Of a stretch of 64,000 nucleotides of DNA, positions 18,698-28,454 are shown piece by piece (positions within the stretch are counted from its first letter, which is position 1; each line of letters begins with the position of its first letter). Below the pieces are notes generated by a model, which searched no databases, had not been told where the DNA came from, and saw only the letters and a program-made list of their open reading frames with translations. The stretch is from Candidatus Poribacteria bacterium (GTDB lineage: Bacteria > Poribacteria > WGA-4E > PCPOR2b): positions 1,216,001 through 1,280,000 of the forward strand of contig OZ220744.1 in the NCBI GenBank assembly GCA_965116925.1, written 5' to 3'. The position numbers were made by a program, and so were the translations under genes.

Positions 18698-21193
18698 ATG
18701 AAACACTTCACGCTGCTCTTTCTCTCGCTTTTCATACTGAGTAGCACAGTGAACGCACAATTACAAAGCGGTCGTGTCCCCTTCGATTATCCCAATGAGC
18801 CTTTCGTCGAGTTTCGGTTTGATCTGGACCGCAGTATGATCGCCCTTGTTATGGAAGACATGGGGCCCGATACCGCCTCACTATTCAACACACTAAATCG
18901 CCTACACCTCCGTGCCTACAAGGCTAGTCATTTTGACAAAATTCTCGGTCATTACGGAACGAACTTGAAAATACGCAGGTGGAGCGCGCTAGAAAGACCC
19001 CAAAACTATCACCTATATACCCTCACGCAAGGCGAAACCGTTATCGGTGTCTTCATAATTGTCAAAAGCGAAAAGACAGTGTATCGGTACACTGGTGATC
19101 CGGGCAGAAAGGCACTGTACCTGATAAACATAGACGGTCGGCTCGCTCCAAAACAGGTCAGCAAACTGGTGGGCAATCTAAATCAGGTTGGCATTGATAT
19201 ACCTGAGCTGAGTGCATTCGATGGATGGCGTAATGCCACATCTGCCTCAACCTTGCTTCGGATGCCTGAAGGGGACCCGATTCATGAGGTGCAAATTCAG
19301 GCGAATCGAACAACCATTGAGTCGCAAATTAGAACGGTGCTTGAAAATGGTCCACATGAGATCATCGCGGCGATGACAACCTTGCGCAGCAAACTCCCGG
19401 CTATTCAGACGCTAACGGTCCGGATTGATGCACAAGGTGACAAACGCATCGCAACAATGGTTGTTACAGCGGAACTGGATACGGACGGTTCATCAACCAC
19501 ACCAACGGCTCACTCCGATGAACTCACACAGGAACAAGCTCCCCCAACACGGTTTCAGACTTCTGAGGGTAAACCGATTCACGAAATCCATATTCAAGGA
19601 AATCAGAAAATCATCGCGGCAGAGATTCAAACTGCGCTTGAAAATGGACCTGAGGACATCGTAAAAGCGATTGCCAGTTTACCCTTGCCCGACTTTAATC
19701 GGGTCGTTGTAGAAATCAAAGGGGACGATACGAGACGCGTCGCAACAATTATCGTCATAGCACAACCGGATGTGAGCCCTTTGCCAACCGCTTCACCCAC
19801 GGAGCTTTGGACTGCGGCGCGGGACCCGATTCACGAAATCCGGATCCAAGGCAACCAACAAATCAGTGAGGCAGAGATTCGAAATGTTCTTGAAAACGGA
19901 CCCGAGGAAATCGAAAAAGCGATTGACAATTTGAGAGATGCGCTACCCTATTTTAGTCGAATCTCCCTACAGTTTGAAAATGACGGCACGAGGCGCATTG
20001 CGATAATTACCGTTGTGGAAAGAAGGCTCTCTTCCGACTATTATATTCATCCGGCACCTCTCGTTCATTTTAATCGCGTTACTGGTTGGCTGCTTGGTGC
20101 CCATCTTGAAGTGGGAAAACGGAGGCAGATAGGTCCACTCTGGCTGTGGAACATTCCCAGTTCCGTTACAGCACATCTTTCAAAGTTCTATGGCGAGATT
20201 GGCTATGGGTTTGGAAATCAGGATTTCAATTACCGGGTGGGCGGAGATATGATCTGGGGTCAACCCGACGTATCAAGTCTAAGCGTCTCCGCTCAAATCC
20301 ATCGGGCTACAACCGCCGTTGCTCCTGAACTCTTCCCACACTATGGCGGTGTGTCAGATGCTTTCTGGGCACTCGGATTTCATAACTACTATCTGAGCAA
20401 AGGTGTCGAAACGTCGTTTCGATGGGAGCCGGTAATCCCAACACATTCGCTCAGATTGACGATGCGTGCCGAGTCGCATGAGAGTCTACAAAAGACTACA
20501 GATTGGCAATTCGGAGATTGGGGTTCAGACTCGGAGGCGGAAGAAAATCCCCCAATAACCCCTGGCCAAATGCGGAGTGTGGCACTGATATACAACTTAA
20601 ACACCCGACAAAACACTGGCGCGCACACTACCCCACAGATATCTTCGACAGGAGTCTCTGTACCTTTGCAAAACAGTAGTCTCGGCTGGCATAATACCCT
20701 ATTCATTGAACACAGCAATCCCGCTGTCGGTTCCGATTTTGATTTTACACGATTTCAGTTACAACTGCGGTATGCCGCTTCAAGAGGGGATCATCTTATC
20801 CGCACACGGTTGGTGTTGGGCACAGCCACAAGGGCACTACCGATTCAACGCCAATTTATTATCGGGGGCAGGGGAACGCTTAGCGGCTATCCGCTGTATG
20901 CGTTTGCAGGCGATCACGTCTCCCTACTCAATTTGGAATATTTCTACCGCCTGCCCATACCCAATCCATACGGCTGGGAGTTGTTAAAGCACGCGAAGAC
21001 GTATGCCATATTGTTCCTTGATCAAGGACAGGTCTGGAGCATGTCTGATAAGCCGTACCGCTTTGACCCGAAAACAAGTGTCGGGATAGGACTACAGTTT
21101 GGGCAGGAATCTCCTTTCAGATTTAACGTGTCCAAACCCTTGGAATCTGAGCGGGGAGTTAAATTCGATCTGATGTGGTACTCTAGTTTCTAG
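18698..21193 (+). CDS. Omp85/BamA-TamA-like outer-membrane protein, paralogue with 3 POTRA-like repeats
   Basis: Collinear paralogue of 15259-17406 with one extra PIHEI repeat; terminal WYSSF. Confidence 0.7.
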   Translation: MKHFTLLFLSLFILSSTVNAQLQSGRVPFDYPNEPFVEFRFDLDRSMIALVMEDMGPDTASLFNTLNRLHLRAYKASHFDKILGHYGTNLKIRRWSALERPQNYHLYTLTQGETVIGVFIIVKSEKTVYRYTGDPGRKALYLINIDGRLAPKQVSKLVGNLNQVGIDIPELSAFDGWRNATSASTLLRMPEGDPIHEVQIQANRTTIESQIRTVLENGPHEIIAAMTTLRSKLPAIQTLTVRIDAQGDKRIATMVVTAELDTDGSSTTPTAHSDELTQEQAPPTRFQTSEGKPIHEIHIQGNQKIIAAEIQTALENGPEDIVKAIASLPLPDFNRVVVEIKGDDTRRVATIIVIAQPDVSPLPTASPTELWTAARDPIHEIRIQGNQQISEAEIRNVLENGPEEIEKAIDNLRDALPYFSRISLQFENDGTRRIAIITVVERRLSSDYYIHPAPLVHFNRVTGWLLGAHLEVGKRRQIGPLWLWNIPSSVTAHLSKFYGEIGYGFGNQDFNYRVGGDMIWGQPDVSSLSVSAQIHRATTAVAPELFPHYGGVSDAFWALGFHNYYLSKGVETSFRWEPVIPTHSLRLTMRAESHESLQKTTDWQFGDWGSDSEAEENPPITPGQMRSVALIYNLNTRQNTGAHTTPQISSTGVSVPLQNSSLGWHNTLFIEHSNPAVGSDFDFTRFQLQLRYAASRGDHLIRTRLVLGTATRALPIQRQFIIGGRGTLSGYPLYAFAGDHVSLLNLEYFYRLPIPNPYGWELLKHAKTYAILFLDQGQVWSMSDKPYRFDPKTSVGIGLQFGQESPFRFNVSKPLESERGVKFDLMWYSSF

Positions 21194-21200
21194 TAAGACA

Positions 21201-21354
21201 TAGGAGTTACGCACTTCAGATTGTAGTTGCCCGATTCATCGGGCGTCAAAGGTTATATTTAGGCTCTACGCCCATCGTAGGCGGGGCATCTTGCCCCGTA
21301 TTGGTGATAAACCATCGAATTATAACGCCTCATGACTCAACTGCGTAACTCCTA
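21201..21354. mobile_element. MITE family D (TAGGAGTTACGCA TIR) containing two GTAG-REP palindromes
   Basis: Perfect 13-bp TIR; AGACA repeated on both flanks. Confidence 0.8.
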
Positions 21355-21404
21355 AGACAATTGAGCGCAGCAATATACACACATCTGAAAGGTAACCATC
21401 AACT

Positions 21405-22382
21405 ATGTCCGAAATCCAACTCCGTCCCGCCCATAGGCAGACAACCGCTGCTACTCGCGTTATCGCGCAGCATGTTGAACCCACCCCTCTGAAGAAAGAG
21501 ACAACCTTCAGCGAATCCTTGAACGCAGATGTATTTGTTAAGTATGAATTTCTAAACCCCGTTAGATCCTTCAAGATCCGAGGGGCGTTGAATCTTGCCC
21601 ATACACTTGCGAACGATAAAACCGTGTCAAGAGTTATCACCGTTTCTACGGGAAATCACGGTGCGGCCATGGCGTTTGCCTGTCAGGAATACAACCTTTC
21701 GCTCACCGTTGGCGTGCCCGTCAATTGTGATCAGAGCAAACTTGAGTTAATCCGTCAATTTGGTGGGGAAATAGAGATGATCGGCCGAGATCTGGACGAA
21801 ACTAAGGAGCTGCTGCAGGGACGGCCACTCTCACCGGATACCGTCTTTATTGAGGATGGCTCCTGTCCCGAAATCGTCGCCGGCACCTCCACAATCGGGG
21901 CGGAAATTGTTCAGCAATTACCCAACGTAGAGGTTGTAATTGTACCGGTCGGGAACGGTGCATTAATCGGCGGAATTGGGACGGGGCTCAAGGAATTCAA
22001 CCCATCCATCCGTGTGATCGGTGTCCAATCCGATTTGGCACCTTGCATGGCGTTGTCGTTTGAAGCAGGTCACGCTGTGGACACGGAAAGTTGTGACACC
22101 TTTGCCACCGGCATGGCGGTACGGGTATCAATTCCGGAAGCGGTGGATCTGATGCTAGCAGTTGTGGAGGAGATGTGGGTAGTATCCGAAACCGATTTGA
22201 AAGAGGCAATGGGTGCCTTCTATAATCATACCGGATACCTTCCAGAAGGTGCCGGCGTGGCACCTTTAGCCGCAGCATTGAAGATGCGTACTGCTTTAGA
22301 AGGCAAGACAATCTGTCTAGTCGCTTCAGGCGCGAATGTGGATGACGCACTGCAGCAAGAAATTAAAGAAAAATTCGTGTGA
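21405..22382 (+). CDS. PLP-dependent threonine/serine dehydratase family protein
   Basis: SFKIRGA (PLP lysine), STGNHG, VPVGNGAL. Confidence 0.88.
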   Translation: MSEIQLRPAHRQTTAATRVIAQHVEPTPLKKETTFSESLNADVFVKYEFLNPVRSFKIRGALNLAHTLANDKTVSRVITVSTGNHGAAMAFACQEYNLSLTVGVPVNCDQSKLELIRQFGGEIEMIGRDLDETKELLQGRPLSPDTVFIEDGSCPEIVAGTSTIGAEIVQQLPNVEVVIVPVGNGALIGGIGTGLKEFNPSIRVIGVQSDLAPCMALSFEAGHAVDTESCDTFATGMAVRVSIPEAVDLMLAVVEEMWVVSETDLKEAMGAFYNHTGYLPEGAGVAPLAAALKMRTALEGKTICLVASGANVDDALQQEIKEKFV

Positions 22383-22445
22383 ACTATTGCATTCTAGTGT
22401 ATAATCTATTCTGAACAGCAATCTAGCCTTGCAAAGATTAAACAC

Positions 22446-22511
22446 TAGGACTTACGCAGCCAACCGTAGGCGGGGCATCTGGTTTCCCCGCGCTGAAACG
22501 CGTAAATCTTA
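22446..22511. mobile_element. Short degenerate MITE family D copy
   Basis: taggacttacgca ... cgcgtaaatctta with an internal GTAGGCGGGG palindrome. Confidence 0.55.
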
Positions 22512-22549
22512 AGCACCTTTGCAGGGATGCAAAAAGGAGAAATATCATC

Positions 22550-23347
22550 ATGCCAGATTTCAAAGATAAAATCGTAATTGTCACCGGCGGTGTCAGAGGC
22601 ATCGGCGGCGGTATCAGCCGGGCTTTCGCTGAAGAAGGTGCTAGCGTCCTCTGTGCGGACTTGGACGAAGACTCCGGGGTACAACTCGTAGAAGAATCCG
22701 CAAGCATGGAAGGAACTGTTCGTTTCCTGAAGGCAGATGTTGCCCACAGCAGCGAGTGCCGAGGAGCTGTCGAAACAGCGGTATCAGAATGGGGTGGAGT
22801 GGATGTCCTCTGCAATAACGTCGGCATCCAGCCGGCGAATAGCTACTTGCCTGCCCACGAGTTTCCGGAGGAGATGTGGGATCGCATCATTGATGTCAAT
22901 CTCAAGAGCTTCTTCCTCATGACCAAATACTGCGTCCCAGAGATGAAAAAGCGGGGAGGCGGTGCTATTATCAATACCGCTAGTGTTCAGGGATTGCAGT
23001 CAATGCTAGGCGTATCTGCCTATGCAGCCAGTAAGGGTGGTGCCCTCTCCCTGACCCGTCAGCTGGCTCTGGAGTATGCCGAAGACAATATTCGGGTGCT
23101 GGCGGTCAATCCCGGAACGATTGACACGCCATTGGTAGCGGAAGCTGTAGACTTCATGGGAGGCGATTTAGAAAGCCTCAAGAAGCTATGGGGCAAGGCG
23201 CATCCGATGGGACGCATCGGTCAACCCAGAGAAATTGCCAATGTCGTTCTGTTCCTTGCTAGTGACAAAGCGTCCTTCATGACCGGCGAATACGTTTGTG
23301 TTGATGGTGGGATGATGGCAAAAGGTGCTTGGGCGGACAGCGAGTGA
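22550..23347 (+). CDS. SDR family oxidoreductase
   Basis: TGGVRGIG, YAASK, NPGTIDT, VDGG. Confidence 0.92.
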   Translation: MPDFKDKIVIVTGGVRGIGGGISRAFAEEGASVLCADLDEDSGVQLVEESASMEGTVRFLKADVAHSSECRGAVETAVSEWGGVDVLCNNVGIQPANSYLPAHEFPEEMWDRIIDVNLKSFFLMTKYCVPEMKKRGGGAIINTASVQGLQSMLGVSAYAASKGGALSLTRQLALEYAEDNIRVLAVNPGTIDTPLVAEAVDFMGGDLESLKKLWGKAHPMGRIGQPREIANVVLFLASDKASFMTGEYVCVDGGMMAKGAWADSE

Positions 23348-23373
23348 GGAGGAACCTGGGGTGAGGAGAAGCC

Positions 23374-24336
23374 GTGATGAATAACGCCCAGATGTTGACC
23401 GACGGAATTTCTGATGAGCGCGCTTGGCGAGCGAGTACCATCGATGATACTACAGCTTGGTACTACCCGTTATCCGAGGGGTGTCTCTCCAGTTTTAGAC
23501 GCATCATCCGTGACGCACATCGTCAGTCGCGACCGATTACAGAGATTTACCGTCCCTCTGCCTTGTCCAATGGCTGCGGCGAATGCCTTCAACCGGCACT
23601 TGACGCGCTCAATTCGGGGCGTGGTTTTGCTATCGTCGAACGGGTGCCAATTGAACAGTATACAGTACAAGAAGCACTGGCCATGTACTGGTTAATTGGT
23701 CAATTCCTCGGTAGCCCGATGGAGCAGAACATTCAAGGTACGCTGCTGTACGATGTGCGAGATACGGGGCAAAATGTGGCGCAAGGGGCTCGGTTTTCGG
23801 TAACTAATGCCGAGAGCTCGTTTCATAACGATAACTCCTTCGGTGAGACACTACCCGATCTCGTGGGACTGCTCTGCCTGCATACGGCAAAGTCTGGCGG
23901 ACAGAGCCAACTTATCAGCGGCTACGCCCTCCACAATGAACTGCTGGAGAATCATCCTGATGTTCTCGAAACCCTCTATCAGCTGTTCTGTTTTGATCGT
24001 CGAGGACAGTTCAAAGCCGGGGAAGACCCTACCTCTCAATTCCCGATCTTCCAGTGGAGTGGGGACGAACTGACGCTCCGATACCTGCACTACTACATCC
24101 AAGTAGGTCATGAGCGTGCTGGTAAAATGCTGACCACGGATCAGAAAAAGGCACTGGACGTTGTGGAGGGGTTGCTGTGTCGCGCAGATTTCAGAGTAGA
24201 ATTCAACCTACAACCGGGGCAGATGCTATTCACTAACAACCGCTGGATCCTGCACAATCGCACCGCATTTGAAGACTATACCGATCCGGAACGCCGGCGA
24301 CATTATGTGCGCCTCTGGTTACGCCGGGAAGAATAG
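23374..24336 (+). CDS. TauD/TfdA family Fe(II)/2-oxoglutarate dioxygenase
   Basis: FHND (HxD), NNRWILHNRTAF, RHYVRLW. Confidence 0.88.
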   Translation: MMNNAQMLTDGISDERAWRASTIDDTTAWYYPLSEGCLSSFRRIIRDAHRQSRPITEIYRPSALSNGCGECLQPALDALNSGRGFAIVERVPIEQYTVQEALAMYWLIGQFLGSPMEQNIQGTLLYDVRDTGQNVAQGARFSVTNAESSFHNDNSFGETLPDLVGLLCLHTAKSGGQSQLISGYALHNELLENHPDVLETLYQLFCFDRRGQFKAGEDPTSQFPIFQWSGDELTLRYLHYYIQVGHERAGKMLTTDQKKALDVVEGLLCRADFRVEFNLQPGQMLFTNNRWILHNRTAFEDYTDPERRRHYVRLWLRREE

Positions 24337-24435
24337 AGTGAGGGAACACAGGAACGCGGAGACGCCAAAAAATATTCTTAGCGACATTGCGGCTTTGCGT
24401 TAAATTTTCTTAAGAGATGCAGAAAGGAAAAGGAT

Positions 24436-25233
24436 ATGACTCGTATTATCATTGATGGTGCTTGCGGGAAAATGGGTAAGATGATTACGCAAGGCGTTTC
24501 AGAACAAGAAGATATGCAGATTGTCGGTGCTATCGAATTCTCTGAGCATCCGCAACTTGGGCAGGATGTAGGGGAAGTCGCCGGAATTGGGGCAATCGGT
24601 GTGCCTGTTACCAGCGATCTGCCTGCAATTCTGGAGGGCGGAGACGTTGTGATCGAGTTCACATCGCCAAGTGCAACCGTTGAACATCTCCAGAATGTTG
24701 TGGACGCCGGAAAGCGGATGGTCATCGCAACGACAGGATATGATGAAGAGGAATTGGCACAGGTACACGCACTTGCACCGCAGATCCCATGTGTGATGGC
24801 ATCCAACATGAGCGTCGGCATCAATGTCATGTTGCAAGCCATTCAACTCGTTGCGAAGGTACTTGGGGACGACTACGATGTTGAGGTTATTGAAGCACAC
24901 CATAACCAGAAGGTAGACTCGCCGAGTGGGACTGCCCTAACGATGGCTGAGGTCCTTGCTGAAACATTAGACAGAGATCTTGCGGAAGTTGGCGTGTACG
25001 GTAGACACGGCATTGTTGGCGCGCGTCCCAAGAAGGAGATCGGTGTCCATGCCATTCGAGGTGGTGACCTTGCCGGTGACCACACGGTTCTATTTGTCGG
25101 TACGGGCGATCGCCTTGAGATTACACATCGCGGTCAAAACCGTGAACCGCTTGCACGGGGAGCGATTCGTGCGGCAAGGTGGGTGATGAACGCACCGAAG
25201 GGCTTGCATGACATCGCGGAAGTTCTGTTCTAA
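24436..25233 (+). CDS. dapB: 4-hydroxy-tetrahydrodipicolinate reductase
   Basis: GACGKMG, EAHHNQKVDSPSGTA, IRGG. Confidence 0.95.
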   Translation: MTRIIIDGACGKMGKMITQGVSEQEDMQIVGAIEFSEHPQLGQDVGEVAGIGAIGVPVTSDLPAILEGGDVVIEFTSPSATVEHLQNVVDAGKRMVIATTGYDEEELAQVHALAPQIPCVMASNMSVGINVMLQAIQLVAKVLGDDYDVEVIEAHHNQKVDSPSGTALTMAEVLAETLDRDLAEVGVYGRHGIVGARPKKEIGVHAIRGGDLAGDHTVLFVGTGDRLEITHRGQNREPLARGAIRAARWVMNAPKGLHDIAEVLF

Positions 25234-25291
25234 AGTGTGAAATGGGACTGGCGGTGATCTTTTTGCGATCCGCGGCGGTTAGGGAGTGGTT

Positions 25292-25942
25292 TCACTTGCC
25301 GGTTTGTCCGTCCCGCAAATCGGCGATTTCCTGCATAATCTGCTCACCCATTTGCCGGTATAACTCGCGTTTGTCCTCGATCTGTTTTACCTCTGTGAAA
25401 TCCATGGGCGTGCCAAAGGTTACGGAAAGTTGGGCGGGATAAATCCATTTCGCATTCCGGGGAAGTATCGTTCCTTTGAGATAAGCCGGAATGGCAGGAA
25501 CCCCTGCGTTATGAGCGATAAAACTGACACCACCATGCGCTTTGCCCAGTGTGCCATCGACGCTGCGTGTGCCTTCGGGAAAGATGAGAACTACTTTTCC
25601 TGATTTCAGGAGGGAGATAGTGTGTCGCAGTGCAGCGCGATCTGCCGTGCCACGTCGCACCGGATACGCATTGTGTGCAGCGATCAGCGGACCTATTAGT
25701 GGCATTTCAAAAGAATCATGCCTTGCCATAAAGTACAACTCTCGGTTCGCCGCGGAACCCACGATGAAGGGATCTAGATAGCTCCGATGGTTGCATAAGA
25801 TCAAGATGCCACCTTGCCGTGGAATATTCTCATTACCGTGGGATTCTAGTTTGCCGAAAACATTAAAGATAAAATTGGTAATTCGGTGTGACCAACGATA
25901 TGGGAGTTGATCTGTCCAGAATCCGAAATCGTGACGTCGCAT
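25292..25942 (-). CDS. plsC: 1-acyl-sn-glycerol-3-phosphate acyltransferase
   Basis: NHRSYLD and IFPEGTRS motifs. Confidence 0.88.
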   Translation of the reverse strand: MRRHDFGFWTDQLPYRWSHRITNFIFNVFGKLESHGNENIPRQGGILILCNHRSYLDPFIVGSAANRELYFMARHDSFEMPLIGPLIAAHNAYPVRRGTADRAALRHTISLLKSGKVVLIFPEGTRSVDGTLGKAHGGVSFIAHNAGVPAIPAYLKGTILPRNAKWIYPAQLSVTFGTPMDFTEVKQIEDKRELYRQMGEQIMQEIADLRDGQTGK

Positions 25943-26604
25943 TAGCTTTCCTCTACTCGGTTTAGAACGAAATCCACAGCTTGGTTGATGGTCATGCTAG
26001 TCGTATCTACGACAATTGCATCTTCGGCGGTTCGCAACGGGCTGTGCTCACGCGATTCGTCCATCTGATCTCGGCTGCGAATCTCTGTTTCGACCTGCTT
26101 CAATGTTGTTTCAATGCCTTTTGCTTTCTGTTCTTTGAAACGGCGTTTCGCGCGCTCTTCGACGGAAGCGTTAATGTAAAATTTCAGGTCCGCGTCCGGG
26201 AACACAACGGTCGTAACATCACGGCCCTCAACGATGATGCCGCCTTTTTCTCCAATCCGACGTTGTTGTTTCACCATTTCATGCCGTACTTCAGGGACCT
26301 TTGCAATATCGATAATGACACGATCAATTTCTGGGGTGCGAAGGGCATCCGATACATTTTCCCCATCCAACAGGGTAGTCTTACCATTGTCTATGAAATC
26401 AATCCGGCAACTCTTCGCTAGCTTGGTTAGCATAGGCACATTCGTCGGATCGCCCCCTGCTCGGATGGATAAAAGCGTCATCGCACGATACATCGAACCT
26501 GAATTTAGATAAAGGTAGTCTAACTTTTCAGCGAGCCGTTGGGCAATCGTGCTTTTTCCTGAACCGGCGGGACCATCCATTGCAATCGTTAAGCGTTCCT
26601 TCAT
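25942..26604 (-). CDS. cmk: Cytidylate kinase
   Basis: DGPAGSGKST, GSMYRA, EGRD..TVVFPDA. Confidence 0.95.
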   Translation of the reverse strand: MKERLTIAMDGPAGSGKSTIAQRLAEKLDYLYLNSGSMYRAMTLLSIRAGGDPTNVPMLTKLAKSCRIDFIDNGKTTLLDGENVSDALRTPEIDRVIIDIAKVPEVRHEMVKQQRRIGEKGGIIVEGRDVTTVVFPDADLKFYINASVEERAKRRFKEQKAKGIETTLKQVETEIRSRDQMDESREHSPLRTAEDAIVVDTTSMTINQAVDFVLNRVEES

Positions 26605-27491
26605 CAGTCCTCCAGTGTATCCCTTAGCTTTTTTGCGTGTGCCAAGAGACGTTCAATTTCAACATCGTCTCGGTTTTCCAGTAAGGTTTTGAATTCAGCG
26701 AGATTTTCGATTGTTGAATCAATCATCGGTAGCAGCGAGTGGGCATTTTGCATGAAGATCGCCCTCCAAAGCGACGGTGAACCCGCAGCAATGCGCGTTG
26801 TATCGCGAAAACCTGTTGCAGCAAAATCGAGTGCTTTTACTGTGTTGTTACCGATCTCTCCTACTGTGTTGGTTAGAATAGAAGCGATGAGGTGGGGTAG
26901 GTGGCTCGCACCCGCAATGAGCAAATCGTGTTCAGCTGGAGAGAGATGACAGACCTGTGTGTCAACAAATTGCCAAAGGTCCGTAACAAGTTTCAACGCC
27001 TGCGGGTGGGTGTTATCCGTTGGGGTCACAATACACTTTGCACCGTCAAACAGGTCTGGACGTGCCGCTGCAACGCTTGTCTGTTCCGAACCAGCCATCG
27101 GGTGGGATCCAACAAAATGCAGATCGGTAGCGGTTAAGAAGTTTTCAATCTCCTCAACGATTTGACCTTTGATGCTGCCAACATCGGTAATCAATAAGGG
27201 TCGAGTGTCAGATGTTCTGATTTCTGCGATACGTTGCACCATTTCGGGGATAAGATCGACCGGCGTTCCAACCACTACCAGATCCGCGTCATGTATTCCC
27301 GCGTGAAAATCAGTCGTTGCGTTGTCAACCGCACCGCGTTCGAGCGCGATGTCAAGCGTCTGCATCCGCCTACCGAGACCGGTAATCTCTCCGCGGAAGC
27401 CTTTGGCTTTCAACCCTAATCCGAGAGATCCACCGATTAAGCCGACACCTAAAATGGTTATGTTTCTGATTTGACTAAAGTCTGCAAACAT
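26604..27491 (-). CDS. tyrA: Prephenate/arogenate dehydrogenase
   Basis: GVGLIGGSL, TDVGSIK, HPMAGSE, SHLPH, GFRDTTRIA. Start placed at MFADF. Confidence 0.9.
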   Translation of the reverse strand: MFADFSQIRNITILGVGLIGGSLGLGLKAKGFRGEITGLGRRMQTLDIALERGAVDNATTDFHAGIHDADLVVVGTPVDLIPEMVQRIAEIRTSDTRPLLITDVGSIKGQIVEEIENFLTATDLHFVGSHPMAGSEQTSVAAARPDLFDGAKCIVTPTDNTHPQALKLVTDLWQFVDTQVCHLSPAEHDLLIAGASHLPHLIASILTNTVGEIGNNTVKALDFAATGFRDTTRIAAGSPSLWRAIFMQNAHSLLPMIDSTIENLAEFKTLLENRDDVEIERLLAHAKKLRDTLED

Positions 27492-27638
27492 ATTTTCCCA
27501 TGCTCGCTCTCCGTGATGTGCTTCGGAGATTTTATTAGTTGCCAGCGTTTTTGTCAACAAAAAATTCCTGTTAAATGCAGAATACCCACGCTTTAATGTG
27601 TGGGAATGTTTCAAGAAAAGGGGGTTCCCAAAAGGACA

Positions 27639-28136
27639 TTGAAAAACCTAGAATTCAAAGCAAATTGTGATTCACTTAATGTGCTCCGCGGACGACTTGT
27701 GGAGCTCCAAGCCGAACATCGCCGTACAATGAAACAGCTTGACACCTATTTTAACGTCCCTCAAGGTAGGTTGAAACTGCGGGAGATCAATACCCACGAG
27801 GCAGAACTCATCTACTATGAGCGTTCCGATCTTGCAGAATCACGCTATAGCAATTATCAGATATGCGATATTCCTGAACCGCTGGCTTTCAAGCAGATCG
27901 CGACAATGGCTATGGGAGTCAAGGGTGTTGTTGAGAAGCGACGGGAGTTATGGATGTTTGGCGATACGCGCATCCATCTGGATGAGGTAAATGATCTCGG
28001 TCAGTTTGTTGAATTAGAGACAGTGATTCACAACCAAACGGAAGCGGAGGCACAGGCGGAACACCAACTTGTGAAGGAGGCACTCGGAATTCAGGAAGAA
28101 GATCTGGTCTCCGTATCGTATAGCGATCTGATTTGA
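27639..28136 (+). CDS. CYTH-domain (class IV adenylate cyclase-like) protein
   Basis: NLEFKA, QLDTYF, RLKLRE, IHLDEV..LGQFVELE. TTG start uncertain. Confidence 0.85.
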   Translation: MKNLEFKANCDSLNVLRGRLVELQAEHRRTMKQLDTYFNVPQGRLKLREINTHEAELIYYERSDLAESRYSNYQICDIPEPLAFKQIATMAMGVKGVVEKRRELWMFGDTRIHLDEVNDLGQFVELETVIHNQTEAEAQAEHQLVKEALGIQEEDLVSVSYSDLI

Positions 28137-28160
28137 AAACTATTCGTATCTACCTAGTAC

Positions 28161-28300
28161 GTAGGTTGGGTTGAACGGTCAAATGCCAATCGCTATCAGC
28201 TACAATAGGGTTTCCGTCGTTCAATCGAATCTACTTATAGGTGGATTGAGTGAAACCCAACTGGATAAAGACTTGTGTAGGTCGATTTTCCGAAATCGAC
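28161..28300. repeat. Cluster of GTAG-REP palindromes
   Basis: GTAGGTTGGGTTGAA...GTGAAACCCAAC (also at 39766 and 55417) and GTAGGTCGATTTTCCGAAATCGAC (inverted copy near 61897-61920). Confidence 0.65.
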
Positions 28301-28332
28301 ATTTCGATGCCGAAATGTGAATCGTGACCTAC

Positions 28333-28440
28333 TATGGTGGATTCTAAAAATAAATAGACACTTTCGCCCCCCATGTTTGGTAGGCGCTGTTTCCAACTGC
28401 GCCGATTTGGAGTGTTTCATTAATTCTGAGATTTACTATA
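28333..28440. mobile_element. MITE family A
   Basis: tatggtggattc...atttactata ends; interior highly similar to 55606-55713. Confidence 0.8.
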
Positions 28441-28454
28441 AATTGGAGGACAAC

